A stretch of 64,000 nucleotides of DNA from an uncultured delta proteobacterium (GTDB taxonomy: Bacteria; Desulfobacterota; Binatia; Binatales; Binataceae): contig CAWDXY010000004.1 of assembly GCA_963806485.1 (NCBI GenBank), positions 613,801 to 677,800 of the forward strand, written 5' to 3'. The notes beneath the pieces were generated by a model that was not told the origin of the DNA, searched no databases, and worked only from the letters and a program-made list of their open reading frames with translations. Position numbers and translations under genes: made by a program. Numbering within the stretch: the first letter of the stretch is position 1; each line of letters begins with the position of its first letter. Of the stretch, positions 10,062-19,433 are shown piece by piece.

Positions 10062-11147
10062 TCAGCTATGCCACGGCTCGACGAGGATCTTCGCGTGCGT
10101 CTCCGGTGACGCGAGATCGTCGAACGCCTTCGCTACTCCTTCGACGCCCACCTTGCCCGTTATCAGCGGGTCGGCGTTGACGCTTCCCTCCGCGAGATGG
10201 CTCAGCGTCGCCGCGAATTCCTCGGGCGCGTAGCCGAGCACGAACTGGATGTTGAGCTCCTTGCTGATTCCCATCAGCGGCTCGATCTGGTCGCGCTCCA
10301 TGCACACGCCCACCACCACGATCCGCGCGTTGCCCGGCGCCGCCGACATGATTCCTTCGATCACGCCCGGCACTCCGACGCATTCGAAGATCACCGCGGG
10401 CCGCACTGCGGGTCCCGGCATCCACGGCGGCAACATCGGCGCCTTCGTCGGGTCGGCGTAGACCGCCATTTCCCGCCAGCTTGTATATGGTGACTTTTCT
10501 TTTGGATCGACGACCACGTCCGCGCCCATCTGCAGCGCGAGTTCGCGACGCCGCGGTGAAAAATCCGCCGCCACGATCGGATGCACGCCTGCGAGCTTGA
10601 GCGCCGCGACCACCGCCAGGCCAACCGGCCCGCATCCGATGACCAGCGGCGCGTCATCCCGGTCCAGGCGCGCTTTCTGCACAGCGTGATATCCAACCGC
10701 CATTGGTTCCGTCAGCGCCGCGCGCTCGGTGGAAAGCCCGTTGGGCACTTCGAGCAGCAGAAACTCCGTCAACCGCATCAGCTCGCCGTAGCCGCCGGGA
10801 TTGTCGTTCGAGTAGCCGACCGGTTCGACGCCGCGCGCGCTGATGAGCACCGGCATCGCGCACACCCGCGTCCCCACCTTCAATCGTTTTTGCGTCTGCG
10901 GGCCGTAGTCGACGACCTCCGCGCAGAACTCGTGACCCATCACGATGTCGCGATTGAGGTCCATCACGAACGGCGCCCCGGACTTTCGCGATCCCTCGAC
11001 CATCCTCTCGGCATGCTTGAGCGCATGCAGATCGGATCCGCATATTCCGCACGCGAGCGTTTTTACCAGCGCCTCGCCCGCTCCAGGAGCCGGCGTGGGG
11101 ATATCATCGACAACGAGTTTTTTGTTTCGCATTACTGCGGCGCGCAT
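10062..11147 (-). CDS. Zinc-binding (MDR) dehydrogenase
   Basis: CGICGSDLH, GHEF and GCGPVG. No four-Cys structural zinc lobe. Confidence 0.85.
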   Translation of the reverse strand: MRAAVMRNKKLVVDDIPTPAPGAGEALVKTLACGICGSDLHALKHAERMVEGSRKSGAPFVMDLNRDIVMGHEFCAEVVDYGPQTQKRLKVGTRVCAMPVLISARGVEPVGYSNDNPGGYGELMRLTEFLLLEVPNGLSTERAALTEPMAVGYHAVQKARLDRDDAPLVIGCGPVGLAVVAALKLAGVHPIVAADFSPRRRELALQMGADVVVDPKEKSPYTSWREMAVYADPTKAPMLPPWMPGPAVRPAVIFECVGVPGVIEGIMSAAPGNARIVVVGVCMERDQIEPLMGISKELNIQFVLGYAPEEFAATLSHLAEGSVNADPLITGKVGVEGVAKAFDDLASPETHAKILVEPWHS

Positions 11148-11210
11148 GAACTTTCTCCTTCAGATTCCAATACTCTAGCAGGGTTGCTCCATCGCGCGTA
11201 AAGTCCAGCG

Positions 11211-11527
11211 ATGGGCCGCAAGATTCTGCTCATCACCACCGATCAGCAGCGCTACGACTCGCTCGGATGCAACGGCGGCCGTATCGCGTGCACGCCAATC
11301 GCCGACTCGCTCGCCGCCGCCGACATCAACTATCGGCGCACATACAATCAGAGCACTGTCTGCATGCCGGCGCGCTCGACGATGATCACCGGCCAGTAGG
11401 TTCGAACTCACGGCCTCTTTGGAACGACGCCGGCCACGCGAAGTTGAAATCCGATCTAGTCGGCGACCTGTACGCGAATCTGCCACCCGCGCCGACTCCG
11501 CAACTGACAGTTGACGCCCTCGCCTGA
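11211..11527 (+). pseudogene. Sulfatase remnant (N-terminal 62 codons plus the C-terminal ~35 codons)
   Basis: ILLITTDQQR and the formylglycine motif CMPARS end at an in-frame TAG (11397-11399). A C-terminus-like WNDAGHAKLKSDLVGDLYANLP follows in another frame. Confidence 0.75.
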
Positions 11528-11550
11528 CGGGTCTGCCTCGTTCATCCCTG

Positions 11551-11594
11551 AAGAACCTAACCCCTAACCCCTTCCCGCTGCGGGAAGGGGGACC
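11551..11594. repeat. REP-like palindromic repeat, family 1, copy a (degenerate tandem copy at 11629-11664)
   Basis: AAGAACCTAACCCCTAACCCCTTCCC-GCTGC-GGGAAGGGGGACC. Identical to 33344-33386 except for the loop. Confidence 0.8.
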
Positions 11595-11714
11595 AGAAGA
11601 AGTCATCCGAGCGCGACGCTGTCCTATCCCCCTCACCCCCTTTCCGGGGCGGAAAGGGGGAACCGAATTTGTGCGGAGGGAGAGGGGAAGACAGAAAGGC
11701 TCTTGCATCGTGAG

Positions 11715-11729
11715 ACTAATAGTATTAGT
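11715..11729. promoter_or_regulatory. Putative TetR operator
   Basis: Perfect inverted repeat ACTAATA-G-TATTAGT just upstream of the hydrolase-TetR pair. Confidence 0.6.
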
Positions 11730-11732
11730 TAT

Positions 11733-12659
11733 ATGTCTATGATAATTAGCACATCGACCAATCTCCTGGCCGCGGCGGCCGTCCTGACTGTTGCCGCGGC
11801 CCTTCCCGCGCGAGCCGATTCCGCAAGCGCAACCACAACAACGCAGTTCCTGAAACTGCCCGGCGGGCAAATCGCTTACGACGACTCCGGCGGCGGCGGA
11901 CCGCTGGTCATCTGCGTCCCCGGACTTGGCGACATGCGCCAGCAATATCGATTCCTCAAACCCAAACTTGTTGCCGCCGGCTTTCGCGTGGTCACGATGG
12001 ATCTCCCGGGGCACGGCCAATCGAGCGTCGATTGGCCCGCCTACTCGCCCGCCCTGGTCGGCGCCGATATTGTCGCGATGGTTCGCCATCTGGGCGCGAG
12101 CCAGGCATTCGTCGTCGGCAACTCGATGGCGGGGGGCTCCGCGGTTTGGGCCGCCGCCGAAATTCCCGATCGCATTGCCGGTATCGTGCTAATCGATCCG
12201 TTCACGCGCGTGATTCCGACCTCGTCATTCCTCATGGCGTTTCTCAAAGTCGCGATGATGCGTCCGTGGGGGCCGTCTTTCTGGTCGATATACTACGGCT
12301 CGCTTTACAAAACTGCGCCGCCGGCCGACCTCGATTCGTATCGCACCGCGCTGGTCGCCAATCTCAAGGAACCCGGCCGAATCGAGGCCACCAAGGCGCT
12401 GATCTTCGCGTCGCAGGCGCCGTGCGAGGCGCGCATTCCCGACGTACATGCTCCGGCGCTGGTCGTGATGGGCACGCGCGACTCGGACTTCGACGATCCC
12501 GCCGCCGAGGCCGATTGGGTCGCGACTCATCTTCACGGAAAAAAGCTGATGGTCGATGGCGCAGGGCATTACCCGCACGTCGAGTATCCCGAGGTCGTCG
12601 CGCCGGCGGTTATCGATTTCGTGAAGGCGGCTCAAGATGGCGAAGCGCGTCGGAATTAA
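11733..12659 (+). CDS. Secreted alpha/beta hydrolase
   Basis: Hydrophobic signal peptide ending ALPARA. Motifs PGLGD, DLPGHG, GNSMAG nucleophile and GAGHYPH. Confidence 0.85.
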   Translation: MSMIISTSTNLLAAAAVLTVAAALPARADSASATTTTQFLKLPGGQIAYDDSGGGGPLVICVPGLGDMRQQYRFLKPKLVAAGFRVVTMDLPGHGQSSVDWPAYSPALVGADIVAMVRHLGASQAFVVGNSMAGGSAVWAAAEIPDRIAGIVLIDPFTRVIPTSSFLMAFLKVAMMRPWGPSFWSIYYGSLYKTAPPADLDSYRTALVANLKEPGRIEATKALIFASQAPCEARIPDVHAPALVVMGTRDSDFDDPAAEADWVATHLHGKKLMVDGAGHYPHVEYPEVVAPAVIDFVKAAQDGEARRN

Positions 12660-13212
12660 CCGCGACGCGGTCATCCGCGCCGCCGCGAAAATCGCCGACG
12701 ACGACGGATGGGACGCGCTGACGCTTGCTCGCGTCGCAGCGAAACTCCGTATTCGTTCGCCCTCGCTCTACAATCACGTTGGCGGCCTCGAAGCGTTGCG
12801 CCGCGAGCTCAAACTGCTGGCACTGCGCGACCTCAACGCGGCGTTGAGCCGCGCGACGATCGGTAAATCGCGCGACGAGGCCGTGCGCGGAGCGGCCTCG
12901 GCCTATCGCGCGTTCGTGAAGCGCCATCCGGGAACTTACGCGGCCACGATGGTAGCCGCGCCGCCCAAAAACGATCCCGCCCTCGAAACGGCCGCGGGAC
13001 AAATCGTCGAGACCCTGCTGTCCGTGCTCAGTGGCTACGGATTGGATCGCCGCGCAGGCCTGCACGCGATTCGCGCGATTCGCAGCGCCGTGCATGGCTT
13101 CGCGGCGCTCGAAATCGCGGGCGGATTTGGAATTCCGCTCGACGTCGACAAAAGCTTTGAATGGCTCGTCTCAGCGCTGCTCAAGGGCCTTTCATCCTCG
13201 CGCTTTCACTGA
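12637..13212 (+). CDS. TetR/AcrR-family regulator with a WHG-type C-terminal domain
   Basis: N-terminal HTH (LARVAAKLRIRSPSLYNHV) and C-terminal SAVHGF. Confidence 0.9.
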   Translation: MAKRVGINRDAVIRAAAKIADDDGWDALTLARVAAKLRIRSPSLYNHVGGLEALRRELKLLALRDLNAALSRATIGKSRDEAVRGAASAYRAFVKRHPGTYAATMVAAPPKNDPALETAAGQIVETLLSVLSGYGLDRRAGLHAIRAIRSAVHGFAALEIAGGFGIPLDVDKSFEWLVSALLKGLSSSRFH

Positions 13213-13257
13213 CCCTCCTGAATCGGCGTACGTGAGAATCCGAGATTAGGGTCAATT

Positions 13258-13285
13258 TTGACACTCGGAGCGCTGGCGTATAGCT
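13258..13285 (+). promoter_or_regulatory. Possible sigma70 promoter of the haloperoxidase gene
   Basis: TTGACA at 13258-13263, then TATAGCT at 13279-13285 (short 15-nt spacer). The -35 overlaps the inverted repeat GTCAA-TT-TTGAC. Confidence 0.35.
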
Positions 13286-13355
13286 GGGCGAATTGCTACA
13301 AGCGGCAGACCTAATCAGCCTGCGGGTATACCGCGGCAGCCACGGGGGTGGTTTT

Positions 13356-15134
13356 ATGGCTTCCGACGAGCGGCAGACCGGCACGTACGCAACCCTTTCT
13401 GAAAGGACTCTCGAATCGAACGGAGCGCCGAAGTCTCCGGGACGCCGGCGCTTCATCGCGGGACTCGGCGCGGCGACCGCCGCCGTGTCCACTGGAGTCC
13501 TCGCTCCGCTCGCCGCCGCATCGTCGGCCAATGCGCGCGAAGCGGGGCAACCAGACCTCGGCCCCGCCGCTGCCGCCACCGGACTGCCGGCCGGTGTTAC
13601 CAACGGCAGGGTGATCAAATCTTTCGAGCTGCGGGTCGGTGAAGCGACTCAGGACGCACTCGTTGGCCCGGCGGTTAACGTCAACAACGGCGATCCGGCG
13701 CTCTACCCCGACAAGGGCGGCACGTACACCAAGGGTCTTCCGCACGACGACTTCGGACGGGTGAATCTGACCGCCTTCGCAACGTTTACGAAGGCCCTGA
13801 ACAGCGGAAAGTTTTCGGATTTCCAAAATATCATCACTGGCGGCACGCGCACGCTCAATGGCCCGCAAGGTGGGCTGGCCTTCGACCTGGAGGCGCTCGA
13901 CAGCGCGCAGTTCGGACAGCCTCAGGTGCCACCGGCGCCCACAACAGCCAGCGCTCAGAACGCCACCGAGCTGCTCGAACATTACTGGGCTTCGCTGCTT
14001 CGCGACGTGGCCTTCACCGACTATGACTCGAGCGCGGTGGCCGCTGATGCAGCAACGGAATTGGGATCGCAACCTACCTATTTTGGGCCGAGGGACAACA
14101 CCGGCCACGTGACCCCGGACTTGTTGTTCCGGGGCGCGTTCCCAGGCGAGACGCTAGGCCCTTACATCTCCCAATTTTTCATTACCCCAACGGCGCTGGG
14201 CGCCCAACCGATCAGCCAGCAGATAATTACCTATCAGCCGGGCATCGACTACATGACCAGTTTCGCCGACTGGCTGACGGTGCAGAATGGCAATGTCACC
14301 GGCGATAAGAATCAGATCGCTTCGAACCATGTCTACGCCCGGAACGGCCGGGATCTCTCGGCGTTTACCCACGTCGACGTGCTTTACCAGGCCTACTTCA
14401 CGGCGTACCTGATGCTCACCTCAATTGGCGCGCCGCTGAATCCCGGCAACCCCTATATCGGCTCGAAGTCGGAAAACGGCTTCGGCACGTTCGGTGCGCC
14501 CGATTTCGCGGGGACCCTCACCGAAGTTGCGACCAAGGCTTTAGATGCCGTCTGGTATCAGAAATGGTTTGTGCACCTGCGTCCCCGGCCAGAGGCCATC
14601 GCAGGCATCGTCCAGCTGATCATGACCGGGCATAGCAACGAGACCGATGTTACGCTGAGTGACGTCATCCTAAACTCGCAGGGACTTCAGCAGAGTTTCA
14701 CCACGTATGGGACGTGGCTGCTCTCGCAGGCGTTTCCTGAGGGCTCGCCGACGCATCCATCTTATCCGACGGGACACGGCGCGGTCGCCGGCGCATGCAT
14801 CACAGTTCTGAAGTTCTTCTTCGACGGCAACTTCGTGATCCTAAATCCGATGATGCCCTCGAGCGACGGGCTTTCGCTGTCGCCCTACACGGGCGGGGAT
14901 CAGTTAACCGTCAACGGCGAACTCAACAAGCTTGGACACAACGTCAGTTTTGGCCACGGGATCCACGCCGGCATCCACTGGCGCAGCGATACGGACACAT
15001 CCTTGTTGCTGGGAGAGGCGGTCGCGCTCAGCTTCCTCAGGGACAGGGCCCTGACTTACAACGAACCGTTCACCGTCGAAATCACCAAGTTCGATGGGAC
15101 GACGGCGACTATCTCCAACCCGGGGCACCCGTAG
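13356..15134 (+). CDS. Tat-exported vanadium-dependent haloperoxidase-like protein (PAP2 superfamily)
   Basis: Twin-arginine signal RRRFIAGLG. Vanadate-site motifs WYQKWFVHLRPRPE, HPSYPTGHG and AGIHWRSD. Confidence 0.85.
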   Translation: MASDERQTGTYATLSERTLESNGAPKSPGRRRFIAGLGAATAAVSTGVLAPLAAASSANAREAGQPDLGPAAAATGLPAGVTNGRVIKSFELRVGEATQDALVGPAVNVNNGDPALYPDKGGTYTKGLPHDDFGRVNLTAFATFTKALNSGKFSDFQNIITGGTRTLNGPQGGLAFDLEALDSAQFGQPQVPPAPTTASAQNATELLEHYWASLLRDVAFTDYDSSAVAADAATELGSQPTYFGPRDNTGHVTPDLLFRGAFPGETLGPYISQFFITPTALGAQPISQQIITYQPGIDYMTSFADWLTVQNGNVTGDKNQIASNHVYARNGRDLSAFTHVDVLYQAYFTAYLMLTSIGAPLNPGNPYIGSKSENGFGTFGAPDFAGTLTEVATKALDAVWYQKWFVHLRPRPEAIAGIVQLIMTGHSNETDVTLSDVILNSQGLQQSFTTYGTWLLSQAFPEGSPTHPSYPTGHGAVAGACITVLKFFFDGNFVILNPMMPSSDGLSLSPYTGGDQLTVNGELNKLGHNVSFGHGIHAGIHWRSDTDTSLLLGEAVALSFLRDRALTYNEPFTVEITKFDGTTATISNPGHP

Positions 15135-15172
15135 AGGAAATCGGGCACCTACACCAGAGTTAGGTATAGGTG

Positions 15173-16438
15173 TCACTCGGATAGCGGCAAGTGTGCGGTT
15201 TCCTTGAGACTCAGGACGAAGATAGCGGACACGATTGCGGCCGCGATGAGTAACATGGGCGGCACCATCTCATTGTCGGTCTTGTCGATCAGATAGGTCG
15301 CGACCATCGGCGCTGTCCCTCCCAGCAGCGCTATGCATAGGTTGTGGCTGAGTCCTACTCCGGTGCATCGCACGTTGGCCGGGAACGCCTCGGCCGCAGT
15401 CGCGGGCGCGACGCCGTCGAAAGTCGCTATCAGCAGCGCAAACCCCACCTGGCCCAGCAGCGGCACGTGGAACATCGGATGCCATAGCAGGTTGAACAGC
15501 GGCCACGAGCAAATGATGATCGCGGCCGCCGACAACAGCAGCATTGGCTTGCGCCCGACACGATCCGACAGGGCGCCCGCCACTGGCAGCATGACCACCG
15601 CAGCCGCCATCCCGATGGTGTTGATCGCGAGCGCGCGACTCTTGGCAATCCCGACGATCTCGGTCAAGTAGGTCGCCGCATAAACGAACATCAGGTAGAA
15701 GCCGACCGACTCGAGCACCTTGAAGCCGGCGACCTGCAGGACGCGGCGCCACTGAGTGCGGAGCACCTCGCCAATCGGCGGCGGCGCGACGTGCGGCACG
15801 TCGCCGGCATTCTGCAGCTCGCGCCGGATATAGTAGCCGGCAATTCCAATCGCGACGCCCGCCAGAAACGGTAGCCGCCATCCCCACGAGGCAAGCGCCT
15901 GTGGCGACATCAAGGCCGCGACCACGGCGCCGACTGCGGATCCGAGCATCACGCCGGCAAAAGCGGCGGCCGCGCCAAACGCGCCGATCAATCCGCGCCG
16001 ATCGCTGTTCGAGCCCTCGACCATGAAAACGACCGAGGTTGTGTACTCGCCACCGACGGAAAGTCCCTGGATCAACCGCAGCACGACCAGCAGGATCGGC
16101 GCCATCACGCCGATTTGCTGATGAGTCGGGAGCAGGCCGATGAGCACGGTCGGCACGGCCATCGCGACGACGGAGATAGTAAGCGCGCGTTGCCGCCCGT
16201 AGCGATCGCCGAATTGCCCGAACACGAGCGCGCCGAGCGGCCGCATCAGGAAGCCCGCGGCGAACACGCCGAATGCGTCGATCAGCGACGTGGCCTTGCT
16301 GTGCGAAGGGAAAAAGTTTTCGCCGATCGCGTACGCGAAGAAGCCGTAGATCGAAAAGTCGTACCACTCGAGGACGTTGCCCGCCATCCCAGCGATCACC
16401 AGCCTGCGCTGCGACTTCCGCACCAGCTCCGTCCCCAC
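15173..16438 (-). CDS. MFS transporter, MHS/ProP family
   Basis: GNVLEWYDFSIYG, FLMRPLG, QGLSVGGEY. GTG start at 16438 with RBS AGGAGG. Confidence 0.9.
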   Translation of the reverse strand: MGTELVRKSQRRLVIAGMAGNVLEWYDFSIYGFFAYAIGENFFPSHSKATSLIDAFGVFAAGFLMRPLGALVFGQFGDRYGRQRALTISVVAMAVPTVLIGLLPTHQQIGVMAPILLVVLRLIQGLSVGGEYTTSVVFMVEGSNSDRRGLIGAFGAAAAFAGVMLGSAVGAVVAALMSPQALASWGWRLPFLAGVAIGIAGYYIRRELQNAGDVPHVAPPPIGEVLRTQWRRVLQVAGFKVLESVGFYLMFVYAATYLTEIVGIAKSRALAINTIGMAAAVVMLPVAGALSDRVGRKPMLLLSAAAIIICSWPLFNLLWHPMFHVPLLGQVGFALLIATFDGVAPATAAEAFPANVRCTGVGLSHNLCIALLGGTAPMVATYLIDKTDNEMVPPMLLIAAAIVSAIFVLSLKETAHLPLSE

Positions 16439-16482
16439 TATCGTCCTCCTGCCCCGCTGATTTTGCTTCGAGCCAGTGCCGG

Positions 16483-17361
16483 CTATTCGAGCGCGACTTC
16501 GTCGCCGAGCGCGATCGTTCCGCCGCTTGCGATCGTCGCGTAGGCGCCGAGATTCTGCGCCGCGTCGCGCACGATCGTTCGCAGCACCGACGGATCTTTG
16601 CGCAGGTTCGGCTGATCGAGGGTCGGTATCACGCATCGCACGGTCGGCATCTCGAGCCTGATACGCGCGTCGCCGATTCGCATCGTTCGTCCCGACCATT
16701 CAGCCTCAACTAATCCTTCGATGCCGCTCTCAGTCTCGATCAGAACGTTCGGACGAAAGCGCCGCGAGTCGAAATCGGCGGCGGGATTGCAGCTGGCGAG
16801 CGCGCGCAAAGACGCCGTGGTGAGCACCTGGAATGGAAACGCGTCGAAGAACGTGCCGAACGGCGATGTGAATTGAAGAATCTGCGGCGGAAGCGTCGAG
16901 AGGTCGGGCAGCGGCTCACTTTCCAGACGGCCGAAGACTTCACGCAGCTCCGCCATCATGTCGGGATTGTCGGGCGCGGCGCGGCGGAGAAAGTCGCGCT
17001 CGGATGGCGGCTGAATCGGCCATATCGTGACGGGGCGGCCGAGCATCTCGGATAGTCGGGCATTCGCCTCGGCGGAGTCGGAACGAAACGTCGTCCCGTC
17101 GGGCAGCGTGATTTGCGCGGGCGGCACTTTGTTTTTGTTTTTGTCGTCCTCCGACGGCTCGCGCAGATAGACGGCGACGCAATGCAGCAGCCTGGGCAGC
17201 TTGCGAGCGTTGCGGATCTCGCCGGCCTTTTCGTCGCGAATCGCCCATCCGCGGTCGCCATGGATTCCTAGCGCGCCGACGTTCGCACGCTGCAGACGTT
17301 CGCCGGCCATCGACTTGACCGGGTAGCGCCAGATTTCCTTGACCGTGCCGATCACTTGCAT
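16483..17361 (-). CDS. MOSC domain protein (mARC/YcbX-like)
   Basis: IWRYPVKS, RRFRPN and the conserved RC motif (PTVRCVI). Confidence 0.9.
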   Translation of the reverse strand: MQVIGTVKEIWRYPVKSMAGERLQRANVGALGIHGDRGWAIRDEKAGEIRNARKLPRLLHCVAVYLREPSEDDKNKNKVPPAQITLPDGTTFRSDSAEANARLSEMLGRPVTIWPIQPPSERDFLRRAAPDNPDMMAELREVFGRLESEPLPDLSTLPPQILQFTSPFGTFFDAFPFQVLTTASLRALASCNPAADFDSRRFRPNVLIETESGIEGLVEAEWSGRTMRIGDARIRLEMPTVRCVIPTLDQPNLRKDPSVLRTIVRDAAQNLGAYATIASGGTIALGDEVALE

Positions 17362-17377
17362 CGAAAAATTCCTCGCC

Positions 17378-17755
17378 TCAGATGCTACGCGCTGTCAGCT
17401 CTCCCGCACAGTTCGGGCAGACGTGTTTCATTTCGTCCGCGCAGTCGGGGCAGAAAGTGCATTGAAATGAACAACACTGGGCTGGTGCAGGGGGCGCTAG
17501 CGCCTTGCCGCACTCCTCGCACGCGTCCTTGACGGCGGTCATCGTCTTGAGCAGCACGGAGTTCTGCTCCTCCCGCTCGGCGCCGGCCAACAACGCTGCG
17601 CGCGCCTTCGCGTTGCGTTCATTCGCCGCGAGCGACTGATAAATCCCGGCGGCGCCGTGCTCGAGCCGCGCGATGATCACCATGACCTCGCGCGGCGACT
17701 TGCCTTCGAGCAGCGATGCGACCACCTGGTCGGGCGTTAATACTTTGTCGGCCAT
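17378..17755 (-). CDS. Helical N-terminal domain fused to a DUF1272-like Cys-rich domain
   Basis: C-terminal CEEC...CSFQCTFCPDC...CPNCAGEL matches the DUF1272 pattern as I recall it. Confidence 0.65.
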   Translation of the reverse strand: MADKVLTPDQVVASLLEGKSPREVMVIIARLEHGAAGIYQSLAANERNAKARAALLAGAEREEQNSVLLKTMTAVKDACEECGKALAPPAPAQCCSFQCTFCPDCADEMKHVCPNCAGELTARSI

Positions 17756-17889
17756 TTTGTTTTCCCCTAATCGGCGCGGTTGACGGTGTGAGGAGGTTTG
17801 GCTTCATTTGTGGCTATCATCAAGCGCGCGACGCGACGTTCGCCGCGAGCATCGCCGGCGTATTATATTGCGGGCAGCACGCTGGAATC

Positions 17890-18999
17890 GTGAAAGTAAA
17901 AGCAGCAATCGCGAACAAGGCTGGCGAGCCGCTCGAAGTCTGCAGCGTCGACCTCGAAGGGCCCAAGGCCGGCGAAGTACTGGTCGAAATCAAGGCCACT
18001 GGCGTCTGTCACACCGACGCCTACACTTTGTCGGGCGCCGATCCCGAAGGCCTCTTCCCCGCAATCCTGGGGCATGAGGGCGCGGGCGTCGTGGTCGAAA
18101 TGGGGCCGGGAGTGACCGCGCTGAAACGCGGCGACCACGTCATCCCGCTGTATATCCCCGAATGCCGCAACTGCCCCGCGTGCCTCTCGGGCAAGACCAA
18201 TCTGTGCACGGCGATTCGCGAGACGCAGGGCCGCGGCGTGATGCCGGACGGCACCAGCAGATTCGCGCGCGACGGAAAAGCGATTCATCACTACATGGGC
18301 ACTTCGACGTTCGCGAATTTTACCGTGGTGCCCGAGATCGCGCTGGCAAAAGTTCGCGACGACGCGCCGTTCGAAAAGATTTGCTACATCGGATGCGGAG
18401 TCACGACCGGAATCGGCGCCGTCCTAAACACCGCGAAAGTGCAGGCGGGCGACCGGGTCGTCGTGTTCGGGCTCGGAGGAATCGGCCTCAACGTCGTGCA
18501 GGGGGCAAGGATGGCGGGAGCGTCGATGATCGTCGGCGTCGATCTCAATGCCGCGCGCAAGGCGGTCGCCGAGAAGTTCGGCATGACGCATTTCGTGAAT
18601 GCCGCGGAGACCGGGGACGAGCTGGTGCCGCATCTCGTGAACCTGACGCGCGGCGGCGCGGATTTTTCGTTCGAATGCGTCGGCAACGTCAAGCTGATGC
18701 GCCAGGCGCTGGAATGCTGTCAGCGCGGATGGGGCACCAGTGTGATTATCGGCGTCGCGGGCGCGGGCCAGGAGATATCGACGCGTCCGTTTCAGCTCGT
18801 GACGGGACGGACGTGGAAGGGCACGGCCTTTGGCGGCGCGCGCGGACGCCGGGACGTTCCGAAAATCGTCGATTGGTACATGGAAGGCAGGATCAATATC
18901 GACGATCTGATCACGCACGTGATGCCGCTCGACAAAATCAACGACGCCTTCCACCTGATGCACGAAGGCAAGTCGATTCGAAGCGTGGTGACGTTTTAG
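17890..18999 (+). CDS. frmA: S-(hydroxymethyl)glutathione dehydrogenase / class III alcohol dehydrogenase
   Basis: GVCHTDAYTLSG, GHEGAG, CRNCPACLSGKTNLC, GRTWKGTAFGG. GTG start at 17890. Confidence 0.95.
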   Translation: MKVKAAIANKAGEPLEVCSVDLEGPKAGEVLVEIKATGVCHTDAYTLSGADPEGLFPAILGHEGAGVVVEMGPGVTALKRGDHVIPLYIPECRNCPACLSGKTNLCTAIRETQGRGVMPDGTSRFARDGKAIHHYMGTSTFANFTVVPEIALAKVRDDAPFEKICYIGCGVTTGIGAVLNTAKVQAGDRVVVFGLGGIGLNVVQGARMAGASMIVGVDLNAARKAVAEKFGMTHFVNAAETGDELVPHLVNLTRGGADFSFECVGNVKLMRQALECCQRGWGTSVIIGVAGAGQEISTRPFQLVTGRTWKGTAFGGARGRRDVPKIVDWYMEGRINIDDLITHVMPLDKINDAFHLMHEGKSIRSVVTF

Positions 19000-19008
19000 G
19001 TGGAGCAG

Positions 19009-19422
19009 ATGCGGTCGAAAATCGAACGCGCGATCGTGTTCTCAATTGTCGCGGGTGGAATTGCGCTGGCGGGATGCTCGAGCCACGAAACGCAACAGCA
19101 AAAATTTATCGACGCGATGAATCACGGCAATGCCGCGCAGGCCAATCAAATTTGGCTCCACATGAACGCCAGCAGCCGCGAACAATTTGCGCATAGCCAG
19201 GGGATGCAACCGAACATTGCGCCCGATGAATTGAAGAAGCAGGTCACGCAACACTACGAGGATGAGATGAACGGGAACGGAAACGACACCGGGGAAACGG
19301 TGGAGCGGCCGACGCCGAACGTCCATCTCGGCGGGCTGGAGAGCCTTCCGGGCTATGTCGGCCCGTCGGGCCAGCCACCGCAGTCCGCGACCGTGCCGAC
19401 GCAGGACGCGCCGTCGAACTGA
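19009..19422 (+). CDS. Hypothetical lipoprotein
   Basis: Signal peptide with lipobox LAGC. RBS AGGTGGAG before the ATG at 19009. Confidence 0.65.
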   Translation: MRSKIERAIVFSIVAGGIALAGCSSHETQQQKFIDAMNHGNAAQANQIWLHMNASSREQFAHSQGMQPNIAPDELKKQVTQHYEDEMNGNGNDTGETVERPTPNVHLGGLESLPGYVGPSGQPPQSATVPTQDAPSN

Positions 19423-19433
19423 GGGTCGCGACG

